Below, piece by piece: positions 37,274 to 51,600 of a stretch of 64,000 nt of DNA. Origin of the DNA: Camelus dromedarius (Eukaryota); NCBI RefSeq assembly GCF_036321535.1, contig NC_087436.1, positions 23,996,001 to 24,060,000 of the forward strand. Reading direction: 5' to 3'. A program made the position numbers and the translations under genes. The notes under the pieces were generated by a model. That model was not told the origin of the DNA. It saw only the letters and a list, made by a program, of their open reading frames with translations, and searched no databases. Each line of letters begins with the position of its first letter. The first letter of the stretch is position 1.

Positions 37274-38302
37274 CTACAGAAAAAAGAGATGTGGGTTATT
37301 TTATGAGAAAACTATACACCAAAGCAGTGAGATTTCATCTAGAGGTAAATGCCCAGTCTCTTCTTACAAAAATATAAGAATTAACTTAAAGAGCTTAAAT
37401 GTCCTTACAGGTAAAAATGAGTCTTTCAAGGTGGGACTCCACCACTGTTTAAACTTCAGAGAAGGGCCAAGAATCACTCTCCTACATATAAGTTGCCAGT
37501 AGAATGAATCGTAGCTATTTTCCAAAAGACAGGCCTCGAGATGATCCTGATCCTGAGCCTAGAGATCATTTGTATCTTACCTAAATAACCCAGAAAATAA
37601 GTCAATTCACATTAAATGAATTTCTTCCCCAGAATTCCCTCACTTCTATTGCCTTCCATTTGTGTTACTCAGCACATTAAAAATGGTTTTTAAATAATTT
37701 CTTTAAAACCTCCTGAAATAAATTAATGAGCATATTTCATTCCCATTTTACAGAAGAAAAAAAACTAAAGACTGAGAACCCAAACTGACTGATGCCTCAC
37801 GGAGAATCATAAGTAGACTGTGTCATCTCCAGATTACAAAGCTCTGTCCTAATGTCAAATCAAATTGCTTCTATTCATAGAAGACTTGAATGGAAAATTT
37901 GATACTATTTTAAGCAGAAGGGAATAGTTCTCTGGGAACTATAATTAATTTATCTGCACCTAGCAAAGGGAAAAAAGATGAATTCTATTCATCTTCCTTC
38001 CTGTGCTATGCCCCTAAGTGATCTTGGTTAGGTTGGCTGAGCCCTTTGCTAACAATATCACAACCAGAAAAAAACTTTAATGAGGTCCTGAGCTGATCCT
38101 GCTGACTGGTCATAGGATTAGAAATGATCCTACCTCCTTCCTGAAGCCTTAAAGCTTGATTACTTAAGGTTATGAGGCAATTGACCCAGAAATAGTTGAT
38201 TCTGGTTCTTGAAGACTGAGTCTTCTAACCCAGGTCACCATGAGTGATTCTTCTTTTCATAATGGAAAAGTGTTTTGTTTCAGTTGTTTGGTTTTGTTTT
38301 TG

Positions 38303-41037
38303 TGACCAAGATGGTAACATGGGAGGCTTCTGAACTTCCCTCCTCTCACAGATGCACTGGAAGTACAGATACACACAGAGTAGTTCCCTCTGAAAGATAC
38401 CCAGAAACCAGCTGAATGATTCCCACACACCAGGCAAATGAGAAAACAGCCACACTGGAACAAGTAGGAAAGGCTGAGCCCCACCTTCCCATAAACAGCA
38501 CGCCCAGCACAGCACCCTACATTCAGGGGGAAACCCTCAACCCCCAGCTTCTCCCTGAGGAGCAAAGGGTTTGGACTACATGTCTAACACCTCGACTTTT
38601 AAGACTCCCATCTGAGGGCTGGGTCCCCCAAACACCTAGTTCTGCAAGCCAGGAGGGCCTGTATCCCTGAGACCCATAGGACCTCAGCAAACAAAGCAGC
38701 AGTTCCTAACAGAGCAGGTGAGCACTGACTACAGCTATCCCTCTGGAGCTTAGTGCCGAGGGAGCAGGCAAAACCACCTGTCTCCAGTCTTTATAACGGG
38801 TCTGACTCCATACTTTACAAGCTGATGCCTGAGGGCCCAGCTTCTAGTTTAGCATGTATCTAGGGGCTGGCTGACATTCTCTCTGGATCCAGGGGAGCTG
38901 ATGGGGGCACTTCTCTTGCCTACTCCCTTTAGTTTGCTCCAACAATAAAACCAGATTGCCAGCATCTCTGAAAGGAGTTTATACACACATCTGGCACCCA
39001 GCTTTTGCAGCTGCTCTCCAAGGGACAGGTGTCCAAATCACCTAGCTCTGATAGCCAATGAGGCTTGCACAAGTCCCATAGAACCATAGTAAACAAAAAA
39101 GCAGTGACCTTCTGACCTTGCAAGCCAGAAGGGAGTGGGAAGATATATTCAAAGTGCTGAAAGAAAAAAACAGCCAACTAAGAATACTCTACCCTGCAAA
39201 GCTGTCCTTCAAAACTGAAGGGACGAGAAGGAATTTTACAAACAAAAGCTGAAGAAGTTCATCACCACTAGACCTGCCTTCTAAGAAATGTTAAAGGGAG
39301 ATCTTCAAGTTGAAATGGAAGGATGCTAATTACTGACATGAAACTATATGAACGTATACAACTCACTGGTAAAGGTAAATATATAATTAAATTCAGAATA
39401 CTCTAATATTGCAGTGATGATGGGCAAAACACTTATATACTCTAAAGGTTAAAAGACAAGAGTATTAAAACTACAATAATTTGTTAATGGATATACAATA
39501 TTAAAAATATAAATTTGTGACATCAAAAACATAAAATTAGGAAGGAGTATAAAAATGTAGAGCTTTTGAATACTTCCAAGTTAGATTGCTAGATTGCTAT
39601 CTGCTCAAGATAAACTGTTAAAAATATAGGATGTTTTATGTAAGCTTCATGGTAACCACAAATACAGTCAGAAACAAACACATATATGGTCAATTCATTT
39701 TAACAAAAGAGCCAAGGACATAGAATGGGGAAAGCAGAGTCTCTTCAGTAAATGATGCTGGGAACACTGGCCAGCCACATGCAAAAGAATGAAACTGTAC
39801 CCCTGTCTTATATCATACACAAAAATCAACTCAAAATAGATTAAAGATTTGAACCTAAAGACCAGAACCCATAAAACTCTTAGAAGAAGACATAGGGGAA
39901 AAGATCCTTGACATTGGTCTTGGCAATGATTTTTTTAATTTGACACTAAAAGCAGAGGCAACAAAACCAAAAATAAGTAAGATCACATCAAATGAAAAAG
40001 CTTTTGCACAACAAAGGAAACCACTAACAAAATAAAAAGGCAACCTATGGGATGGAAAAAAAATTTTTGCAAACTACACATTCAATAAGGGGTTAATATC
40101 CAAAATATACAAAGAACACATAACGCAACAGAAAAACCAAATAATCCAATTTAAAAATGAGCAAAGAACTTGAATAGACATTTTTCCAAAGACATAAATG
40201 ATCAACAGGTACATGAAAAAGTGCTCAACATCACTAATCACCAGGGAAATGCAAATCGAAACCACAGAGGTATCATCTCACACCTATGAGAATGACTATT
40301 ATCAAAAAGACAAGAAAAAGCAACTGGCAAGCAAGTGCACTCCTGGGTATATATCCAAAGGAAACAAAATCACTATCTTTAAGAGACACCTATACTCTCA
40401 TCTTGACTATAGTGTTATTCACAGTAGTCAAGATATGGAAACAAGCTAAGTGTTTGAAAGTGGTTGAATGGATAAAGAAAACATCATACACATACACATA
40501 CAATGGAATATTATTTAGCCTTTAAAAGGAAGGAAATCTTGCCATTTGTGACAACATGGATGAACCAGGAGGGCATTATGCTAAGTGAAATAAGCCAGGC
40601 AGAGAAAAACAAATACTGCATGGTATCACCTATATGGGGAATCTTTAAAAAAAAAAAAAAATGCAAACTCACAGAAATAGAGTAGATTGGTGGTTGTCAG
40701 GGGCAGGGGGTGAGCAAAATCAAAACAGGCTAGTAAAAGGGTATAAACTTTCAGTTATTAGATGAGTAAGGTCTGAGGATCTAATATATAACATGATGAC
40801 TATAGATTTTATTGTATAATTGAAATCTGCTAAGAGTAGAACTTAAGTATTCTCACACAAAAAAAAGTAAACATGAGAAGGGTTAAATATGTAAGGATGT
40901 AATGGATGTGTTAATTACCTCAGTGGGGGAAATCCATTCACAAATTACATGTATATCAAAACATGTTGTACACTTTATATATATGACAATTTTTCAATTA
41001 TACGTCAATCTGAAAAAAATCTCTAACTTAAAAAAAA
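38303..41037 (+). mobile_element. Older LINE-1 (L1MA9-like 3' end) with both ends but three large internal deletions
   Basis: 5' UTR starts ccaagatgg; jumps to ORF1 end at ~39115, to late ORF2 at ~39670 and again at ~40330; 3' UTR and A-tail to ~41037. Confidence 0.7.
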
Positions 41038-42579
41038 GAAAGCATCATTACAGACTGTAGTTCTTTCCTCATTCTCCATAAATCTACAGGAAATTATGGA
41101 TGATCAGTTCAACCTTATTAGTTTATGACACAACTACATGAGAAAAAAACCTCCCTGATAGTAATTTAACCATGTCTTAAAACTGGGTAAGAAAACTGCA
41201 TAGTTAACTGCATAACTCACTCAATGTGCATAAAAGACTATGGCTGTGCAGAGTCAGAAACAAGTGGACATTTCTAACCCTGTGCCAGCAATGACGACCA
41301 TAAACTTACGCCACTCTCCAAGGAGAGCCAGGAGAGCGATCATCAGACCCTTGGAAAATCAGAAATGCAGAATATGAATGCCAAGTGCTTTTTCTTTTCT
41401 TTTTTTTTTTTTTTTTTTTTAACTGTTTGTCTTTAAGGCCTGAAAGGCCATAATGTCCCAAGGAAGGTCATGACATTGATATCCTCACAAACCATAGCCA
41501 CAAATTTCTTGTACTCAGGGAAGTAACCAAGATTCATCTTTCTGCTGTTTTCTGTCATTGGCATCATTTTGCTTCTGATGATTGCCTTTTTACTAATATC
41601 TTTTAAAGTTTGTAAGTTGCTATGGCAGGTTAAGTGAAAAGACACTTTATAAATGTGAATGGTCAGAATAATTACAGCTATGTTAAAAACATTTCCTTTT
41701 CCTCAGCTAAATCCATAGACCCACTTTCCATGAAGTAAAAGAGATTACGAGCAGAAGAATGCTCTATTTTTCACACTCATTGGAGTTTTATATGATCCTT
41801 TTTGAAAACAAAACACAGTTGTCCCATCTTGTATCTACTATTGTAAAACACCTTAAATTATTCAAAATTTAAGGGTTAAGTTTTTCCACAACAGGACTCA
41901 AAATTAGCCATGATGAGATTCTAAAAAGTCACCTTCAAAACCAGTCCATTTTATTTTTCATAAAAGTCTAACTATTTAGAAGGTTTTATTCCCCACTGCA
42001 GTTCTAGTGGCCTTGAGTAGGTGTGTGGGACAGAGAGATATTATATAAAAGCATCCCAGCCAAGCCCAACAGGGGCTGGGATCTGCGGCCCCTGTGTGTG
42101 TCTGCCCCACACGGTGAGATGCACGTGCACTTTTGTGTGTCTCATCTGCAAGCGGAAGGAGGCCTCCGGGGCAAGAAAGAATGAGGCAATCAGAAAGAGG
42201 GATGTTCCGGGGTCTTTCTCCTTGCCCGAGCCAGGGAACCAGTTTCACACCCCAGTGGAGACCAGGCTGAAAGTTGCAGGATGGCCTTTATGAAAGGCTT
42301 GGTGAGACTCCAGACGCCTGCAGTGCCATGCCTCAAATGACAAAGTGACAGAGACTTGGGGAGAGCCACGGCCCTCACCTCCCTCTGCCACAGACCACTG
42401 AGCAGCCCCCATGCGGTCACAGAAGACTCTAGAATCTGGAGAGGAGTACCGCACTCCCAGGACTGGGGCACAGCCCCTCCCGTCAATCGCTAGCCAGCAG
42501 AGCTGTGTCCCTGCCCACATCCCCTGGGGCTCAAGGAAGCAACTGGGAAGGCAGGGGAAGTGGGTGGTAAGAAATCACT

Positions 42580-42814
42580 GACTCCCAGACTGGGAGTTCA
42601 AAATTTGTAGATACTGACAGGCATATGTAGAATAGATAAACAAGATCATACTGTATAGCACAGGGAAACATATACAAGACCTTGTGGCAGCTCACAGCAA
42701 AGAAGAATGTGACAATGAATATATGTACGTTCATGTATAACTGAAAAACTGTGCTCTACACTGGAATTTGACACAACATTGTAAACTGACTATAACTCAA
42801 TTAAAAAAAAGTTA
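42580..42814 (+). mobile_element. Short 5'-truncated young L1 3' end
   Basis: TSD AAGAAATCACT at 42569-42579 and 42815-42825; similar to 53755-53968. Confidence 0.85.
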
Positions 42815-43428
42815 AAGAAATCACTTGAGACACAGGCACGGAAGTGAGTTTAACTGCATTTGTGCTCCCAGAGGGCACAGCGTGGGGTACTTCGGCAGTT
42901 TAGTGTATCTCTCACGCTCCTCTCCCAAGAGCGGTTAGTCACTCTTGGTCTCACCCAACCTCATGTCCCAGCTGCACGCATTGTAACTTTTCTCCCGGTT
43001 CCTCATTTACTGACTTGCCTTTAAGCCCTAGGGCTGTGTCCATTTCTTGCTTTCATCTTTCAGAGACTGAAAATAATTCTCTGACAGCCAGGACTGGGGC
43101 CCTGCTATCGCTAATGGTCTTCCCTGCTGCTGCTTGCTGAAGACACCAGGTATTCCTTGGCCTCAGAATAAGTGGAATCTCATTCCAACACGCAATAATG
43201 ACCCCCTTCGCCACGTGACCATGTCCTTCTGCTGCCCCTGCAGAACCCCCACACCACCGTTCAGCCGTCCATGCCCAGATGTGTCCCAGGTCAGCTCATT
43301 CACAGTAACCGTCAGCAGACACTTTAACTCAAGGGGATCAAACTCTGAAAATCTGTTCTTCACAACCCTATCAGTGACGAATTACAGTTACATTGACATG
43401 AAAATAATTGACAGTCTCTTTTTGGACA

Positions 43429-43940
43429 TGAAGACAGACATATTACAGAAGAGCCTCAGGAAAAATCTAAGGGACAGAAATCAGCTGGCAGCCACTGTGT
43501 CAATGACCCCTTGCAGGAACAGAGGGGTAACATTGGTTCTGACTGTTGGGCCAAGTGATGTCCCTTCAAAGTCCAATGACCCCCATTTCTGGGCTCCCAG
43601 ATAAAGTACATTCTTTACTGGGCATGATTCCCCTTAAAAACTAACAGCCCCAGGTAATGCCCACCTTATCAGGCCCCCACCGCCCTTCATGGACCCTAAA
43701 CCTCTTACCTCACCTAAAACCAACCACAGACTTGTGCACAAGCCAGTCAGGCACCTTGTGACCCAACCTTAAAAAAGACCCCAACAACCAGCCCTTGGCG
43801 CTCACACAGGCACCTCTGTGTGGCCCACTCTTGCCTATGACAATGTACTCTAGTAAACTCCTTTCTATTCTTATGCTTAACTTCTGGTAAATTCTTTTAC
43901 CAAACCTGTGCATGTCACCACGTCCTTGTTTGGGCCGCCA
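43429..43940 (+). mobile_element. Old solo LTR (ERVL-like)
   Basis: agtaaac..ctggtaaattcttttacc U5-like motif; boundaries approximate. Confidence 0.45.
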
Positions 43941-44180
43941 TGTTATGCTCAAAACACTGACCACTGACGGATGCCCCCTTTCCTGCATGTCCACACTGAG
44001 GGAGAACTAGTCTGTCTACTCTTCCCTGGTGAGACCCTCTTTGCACTATAATCCTGTGCTCTTTGATAGTTAAGCTTCCCAGAAGATTAGAGAGCAGCTT
44101 ATTTTCTGTTACAGGCAGGTGTCACCCGGGGCTCAAATTCCACCCAGGGATAACAGAAAAAGTCTTTGCTGGAAGGACAG

Positions 44181-44370
44181 TGGGGTGACCAACCATCCTG
44201 GTTTTCCCCGGCCTGAAAAGGTTTTCAGAATGTGAGACTTTGATTTTTAAAATCAGCACAATCCCTGGTAAATTGGCTTGGTTTGCCTGGAACTGGGAGA
44301 TGTCCTGGGACACAGGAATCTGAGGGCTAAAACTGGAAAAGTCCCAAACTGGAAAGAGTCGGCCACCCTA
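44181..44370. mobile_element. hAT-Blackjack MITE (MER94/MER81-like)
   Basis: TIRs TGGGGTGACC...GGCCACCCTA; degenerate 8-bp flanks aaggacag/gaggatgg. Confidence 0.7.
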
Positions 44371-44686
44371 GAGGATGGGCTGGTGGAGCCTGTGGAGACT
44401 GAAGGTTAAAGTCACTGAAAGCCCCCATGGTCCACCCCCAACTCCAAGGAGGCCTGGAGGCTCAGGACATGTGACCATTGCAGATTCCCACCTGGACCTG
44501 AGGGCTGGGAGCAGTGAGGGCAGACCCAAGCTAGTTTCTGCTTGGCCCCTGTCTCAGCAATTAGATGTATGGACTAGAAAGCTCACTTCATATTGGAAAA
44601 GAATCACACTGGGGTCTGACAGTTCCTAAAACCCTAGTCTCTGACTAAAATTGCATAACTGCCATAAAAATATGTACACATCCCAC

Positions 44687-45087
44687 TGTAGCAGAGGTGG
44701 CCGGCTAACAAGGATGGCGTGAACTTGGCTCTGAGCAGTAGCTGCCAAGTCAGGGACTACACTTCCCAGTCTCCTGGGATTTGGGTGGGGCTACTTCTTG
44801 CCAATGGAATGTAAGTAAAATGAAATGTGTCACTTCTGAGCCAAAAAGCTGAGTAGACAGTGTGCCAAGCTCTCCTTTCCCCCACACACTAGTTGAATGG
44901 AGAGAACTCTGAGGACCTGGCTGGGGACAGAACCCTTAGATGGAAGGAGCCTATGCCACAAAAGCCCAAGTGGAAGGCCACCCAACCAGGAAGACCTTGA
45001 CGTGAGCAGGACGTAACTCCCGTTATGTTAAGTCACTGGGAATATGGGGTTGGTCCACTAGCACAGCTAATGCATTTGACTAGAAGA
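44687..45087 (+). mobile_element. MaLR LTR (old MLT1-type)
   Basis: gactacacttcccag, gccaatggaatgt..gtcacttct and tgttaagtcactg motifs. Confidence 0.7.
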
Positions 45088-45936
45088 GTTTATAATATAC
45101 ATTACAAAACAAATACAAAATAGAAATTTAAAGATATTTTAGGGGTAAATATAAAAAACTCCAATATTTTCCTCACCCACACAGTAGATTCCTTAGCACA
45201 CACCCTCTGTGTGTGCACATCACTTGGGAGATCCTTGGCCTAAAGCACTTGAATATTTCTGCTTTTTGATAAGTTTCCCATGAACACTCAACACAAAACA
45301 CTTGCTTGTAACAATCTCGTTTGTAGAAAATCTGAACCATCTGCCAAAGGGGAAAACCTGATCAGCCAGAGAACGCTCCCTAATGCCACGCTCACTGTAT
45401 GATATCTTTTAAAAAATAAAAAGCATCAAAGCAACTAAAAGGAGGTTTCTCCCCTTTGAGATTTTTGTTGCTCCTTTTTCTTATGTCTTTTGTTTTGGTG
45501 ACTTGTTCCAAAACACTAGGCTGCACACCGCCATGAGCAACTTGTACTATTAACCCAGATGACCCAGCCTCGGTCTGCTGGCTTTAGACCCTGGGAAGTG
45601 TCTGGTTTATTACACTGGTGGAGGGGTCAGAGCAACAGGTTAATATGCTCAGAAAAGGCTTGGGGATGAGAGGTTGCTGGAGCCAGTCTTTTTGTATAGA
45701 TCTGTAACTATCTAAATTGCTCCTTGTCAAGTAACCCTTATTGTGGGAACACGAGAGGGAGGTTGCTACTAATGGTGGAGGGCATGAATCTAACCAGCAT
45801 TTTAGTGACGCGTTTGCTAAGGAACAGGATGGGCAGCTGAGGGAGTGAGGCTTGCATTTCATCCAAATTCTAGCTGCCACTTGTCCCCTGACTATCTGAG
45901 AATCATCTAGCTTGTGTGACAGAAGCTGTCTGGTAG

Positions 45937-46321
45937 TGGTATGGACTAAATGTTTGTGTCTCTCCAAAATTTAAATGCTGAAGCCCTAACCCCCTCAGTG
46001 AGGCTGTATTTGGAGTAAGGAATTAGGGTTAAATGAGGTCAGAAGGGTGGGGTCCTGAATCACTAGGACTGGTGTCCTTGTAAGAAGAAACACCAGAGAG
46101 CTCTGACACCTGCCAGACTGACCCTCTCTCCCTCCCCACCCCTACAGAGAAAAGGCCATGTGAGGACACATGAAGCCAAGAGAAGAGAGCTCTCACTGGA
46201 AATAGAATTGGCCAGAACCTTGATTTTAGACTTGTAGCCTCTAAAACTGAAAAATAAATACCTGTCATTGAAGCCACCCAGTCTATGGCATTTTGTTACA
46301 GTAGCCCCAGCTGAGTAATAA
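45937..46321 (+). mobile_element. MaLR LTR (MLT1A/B-like)
   Basis: tatggactaaatgtttgtgtc...aagccacccagtctatggcattttgttac; 5-bp flanks ggtag/ggtgg. Confidence 0.8.
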
Positions 46322-48659
46322 GGTGGGTTTTAGAGGAGGGTGGAGTTTGAAGAACTCATCAGTCATTCTCTTATCTTGGAGACCCCTTGCTGGCCCTTTA
46401 TAACCCAGTGGATAAGTACACCTTGTGCTTTCAGCTGATGTACACTTGCAAGAAGAATGCAGATGTGTTTATTGTCTCTCTATTGTTTATTTTTTGTACT
46501 TAATACAGAGGTAAGTGACTCAAATTACTATAATTTTAGTATTGCAGAATATTTGAAAAATTACTGTCCTTTTGAATTTTCCTTTTCTTCATAGTTTTTA
46601 GACATGCTTTATGGTCAATAGCTTTAATTTCTAAATTTCAGGTTTAGAATTCAAAGCGACTATAAGAAGTTAGTAAAATGGCAAACAAAAAAAAAAATAC
46701 CCCTCCCCCAGAACTATAGTAGAGTAAGAAAAGGCTAATATTTCTAAAGAGTACTCAGATTCATGATGATTGAGTTTACTTGTGCCCTGTGGCAGGTTAA
46801 GTCTGGAACAGAAACTGAATAATTCAGCATTAAGAAAACAGTGGTGCATTAACAAGAAGGAAGTAAGAAATTCTTCTACCTTACCCAGAACTGATGGAAC
46901 CACTGTTAGGATACTATATATACTTCCAGGTGCCAGGTTTAGAAATAATATGAAAAATTTTAGTCTAAAGAGAACAACCAAATTTTTCTAATGATTGGGG
47001 GGAAAAAGCTGAATTGGTGCTACCTAACCTCAAAAAATTGAAGATGAAAGACATTTAATGATGGTCCTCAAGTGTATGAAAAAGAGTGAGGTCATCAGCA
47101 GCTACTTCTTCCCGTAGGATAGAATCAGAGAGAATATATTTAAATTACAAGATCAACTTATTACTTGGTTCTACTTTTTAGATTTATAAGAGCCTTTAAA
47201 GGGATCAAGGTGCTCAAAATGACTAGCTAGGATTTTCTAAGCTTAGTAATAACAAGAAGAAATGGCCCTTGGTGAAACTATAGTTGCTATTTTCATAATT
47301 TCAAAAAATGTATTCTGGCAAAAGACTACAAAACTCTAGAAAGTTACTCCAATGCTCTCCCTGGAGGAAGGGAAGAGGAATTGAATGGGGGCTCTAGAGA
47401 AGGGACCCTAGGCTAGTAACTAGGATAAGTTAGACTCTATAATCATCATCTCTGCTTGACAAATAAATATCCAACCTGAGGCAACCCACAGACAGGAAAA
47501 TAGGGAGTTCAGTAGTGGTCAGAGGGACCTTGAAGTGATTGCTATGAGATGTCAAGTTCCACTCAAAGAAAGAATCAGTCATAACACTGCACTTCTCGGC
47601 TATACTTAGCATAGGGCATAGGGCTCGGCTTAGGGCATAGCAGCAGGAGAAAAGAGTAGGGGAAAAGGCAGCGTTTCTGCTGCTGACAAGACCATGAGAC
47701 CATCAAGGGAAGCTGAAGGGACTCAATGTTTTGGTTCCGGAGAGCCAAAAAAGAAAGTGCATTCCCTCTTGGGGATCTGCAGAGCTCAGGGGAGCCTACC
47801 CTGAAAAAGAGGGTAGGTAGCCAAGCAGGCTTGGAATGAACTGGTTATCCCAGGGGTTCCTGCCCTAACCACCTTAGATAAAGTTGAAATGGCTTTATTA
47901 GCAATGAATCTACTCTGCTCTGGTCAAGTTTATCCTAAACCTTAGAACTTAAGGCAAAAACTAGGCTAGTGCTATGGAATATCCAAGAAGAAATTCAGGG
48001 AAGGGAGTAAGGACCATTTCCATTCACCTCTGAGAGAGAATCCAGAATACCCATACTGTGCCCTTAAAGGTATTTTATGGCTCCAAATCCCCCAACCCCA
48101 CCCCAATTATTGGCTATTATTCTTTAACCCCTTTCTGTTCTGCCATGACTAATCAAACAAAATAAACAAGACACTTATAACAAGGAAACTGGCTTTGTAT
48201 ACTTATAAACAACTTAAGTGAAATATTTGGAAATGGTGTCAATTTTATTCCTAGGACAAGAGGAGTCCAGATACAGAAAAGCCAGGAGACAGCAGTAACT
48301 TGAAAGAAAATCAAATTTGTGAAAACTACGTGAAGTAACAAGAACCAGCAATGGCCCAAGAATGTAACCTGCTGCAAGTCCAAAGCTCCCCAGCACGAAG
48401 TTCTCAGCTCATGAACGACAAAGTAGGAAGATGCAGAATCTCCTCCTATAATTTTATAAATAGTATGGTATCTCCCAAACTTCAAACATTATTATATTAC
48501 TGTCAAAATTTTAGCCTCTGCATCTACCTCTTACTATTTTTCTATAAATCAACAACTTTTTACTCAAATAAATGAGGACAAGTGTAATTGTTCCCACTTG
48601 TGGTAGTGATGTAAGAGTGCCACTTTCCAAATAAAAGATAAGCATAAAAATTCCATGAA

Positions 48660-51600
48660 GGGCACAAAAGAAACCTCAACCAATTTAAGAGGATAGAAAT
48701 TATTTCAAGCATCTTCTCTGACCACAATGGCATGAAACTAGAAATCAATCATAGAAAAGCAAGTGAGAAAAAAATGACAGCATGGAAACTAAAAAACATG
48801 CAACTAAAAAACCGATGGGTCAATGATGAAATCAAAGAAGAAATTAAAAAATACCTTGAGACACACAACAATGAAAACACAACCACACAAAATCTATGGG
48901 ATGCATCAAAAGCAGTCCTAAGAGGGAAGTTCACAGTGATAAGGCCTTCCTTAAAAAACAAGAACAATCTCAAATAAACAACCTAACCTACCACCTAAAA
49001 GAATTACAAAAAGAAGGGCAAGCAAAACCGAAAGTCAGCAGAAGGATCAGGAGGGTATAGAGATTTAAAAATAGGGGGAAAAAATCAATCAAACCAAGAG
49101 CTGGTTTTTTGAAAGAATAACCAAAATTGACAAACCTATGGCCAGGTTCACAAAGAAGAAAAAAGAGAGGACACAAATAAAATAAGAAATGAAACTGGAG
49201 AAATTACAACCAACTCCACAAAAATACAAAAAATAAGAGAATACTGTGAACAACTATGTGGCAATAAATTGAACAACCTAGAAGAAATGGACAAGTTTCT
49301 AGAAATATATGGTCCACAAAAACTGAATCAAGAAGAAATAAATCATTTAAACACACCAATCACTAGAAGTGAAATAGAAGCAGCAATAAAAAAAAAAAAA
49401 AAACCTCCCTGCAAACAAAAGTCCAGGACCAGATGGCTTCACTGGGGAATTATATCAAATATACAAAGAAGAACTCAAACCGATTCTTCTCAAACTCTTC
49501 CAAAAGATTTAAGAGGGGGGAATACTCCCAAACTTATTCTATGAAGCCACCATCACCCTGATACCAAACCCAGACAAAGACATGACCAAAAAAGAAAACC
49601 ATAGGCCAATATTGTGGATGAAGACAGATGCAAATATCCTCAACAAAATATTAGCAAACAATCCAACAACACATAAAAAAGATTATACATTATGATCAAG
49701 TTGGGTTCATCCCAGGAACATAAGGATAGTTCAACATATGCAAATTAATCAATGTGATACCCCACTTCAACAAGAGAAAAGACAAAAATCACATGATCAT
49801 CTCAATAGATGCAGAAAAAGCATTTGATAAAATTCCACACCCATTTATGATAAAAACTCTAACCAAAGTGGGTATGGAGGAAACAAATCTCAACATAATA
49901 TAAGCTACTTATGACAAACTTACAGCAGCATAATATCAGAAATGGCAAAGCTGAAAGCCTTCCCACTAAAATCTGGAACAAGACAAGGATACCTGCTCTT
50001 ACCACTTGTACTCAACATAGTCTTGGAAGGCCTAGCCACAGCAATCAGGCAAGAAAAAGAGATAAAAGGGATCCAAATTGGAAGAGAAGAGGTAAAATTG
50101 TCATTATATGTAGATGACATGATACTATATATAGAAAACCCTAAAGGCTCCACACAAAGATTAAGAGAGGTGATAAAAGAATTTGGTAAGGTAGCATGAT
50201 ACAAGATTAACATACAGAAATCAGTTGGATTTCTTTATACTAACAACGAAGTATCCGAAAAGGAAAGTAAAGAAACAATCCCTTTTAAAATTGCATCCAA
50301 AACAATACAATACTTAGGAATAAATCTGACCAAAGAAGTGCAAGACATATATGTGGAGAACTACAAAACACTGACTAAGGAAATTAAAGATGACTTAGAG
50401 AAATTAAAAGATATCACCTGCTCTTGGATTGGAAGAATTAATATTGTTAAAATGGCCATACTTCCCAAAGCAGTCTACAGATTTAACACAATCCCTATCA
50501 AATTACCTAGGACATTATTCACAGAACTAGAACAAATAATCCTAAAATTTATATGGAATTATGAAAGACCCAGAATTGCCAAAGCAATATTGAAGAAAAA
50601 GAACAAAGCTAGAGGAATAACCCTCCCAGACTTCAGACAATACTACAGAGCTACAGTAATCAAAACAGCATGGTATTGGCACAAAAACAGATATAATGGA
50701 TCAATGGAACAGAATAAACAGCCCAGAAATAAACCCATAAACTTTTGGCCAATTAATCTTTGACAAAGGAGGCAAGAACATGCAAGGAAGTAAAGACAGC
50801 AAGCGGTGATGGGATAACTGGACAGCTGTACATTAATCAATGAAGTTAGAACAGTCCCTCACACCATACACAAAAATAAATTTAAATTAGCTTAAAGATT
50901 TAAACATAAGACAAGACACTATAAATCTTAGAAGAAAACAAAGGCAAAACATTCTCTGACATAAATCTTAGCAATGTTCTCCTATGGCAGTCTACCCAGG
51001 CAACAGAAATAAAAGCAAAAATTAACAAATGGGATCTAATTAAACTTATAAGCTTTTGCATAGTAAAGGAAACCATAAGCAAAACAAAAAGACAACCTAC
51101 AGAATGGGAGAAAATAGTTGCAAAAGATGAGACTGACAAGGGCTTAATTTCCAGAATATACAAACAACTCATACAACCTACTAACAACAACAACAACAAA
51201 AAATCCCAAACAACCCAATCCAAAAATGGGCAGAAGACTTAAACAAGCAATTCTCCAACAAAGACATACAAATGGCCAACAGGCCCATGAAAAAAGGCTC
51301 AATATCGCTAATTATCAGAGAAATACAAATCAAAATTATAATGAGGTATCACGTCACACCAGTCAGAATGGCCATCATTCAAAAGTCTACAAACAATAAA
51401 TGCTGGAGAGGGTGTGGAGAAAAAGGAACTCTCCTACACTATTGATGGGAATGTAGTTTGGCGCAGTCATTACGGAAAACAATGTGGAGACCCCTCAAAA
51501 GCCAAAAATAGACTTACCATATTATCCAGCAATCCCATTCCTGGGTATATATCCAGAGAGAACCTTAATTCAAAAAGATACACACACCCCAATGTTCATA

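Noticed and set aside
48153..48485. Possible processed pseudogene or extra exon on -
   Set aside because: No recognisable protein, TSD or poly(A) tail; only an isolated AATAAA.
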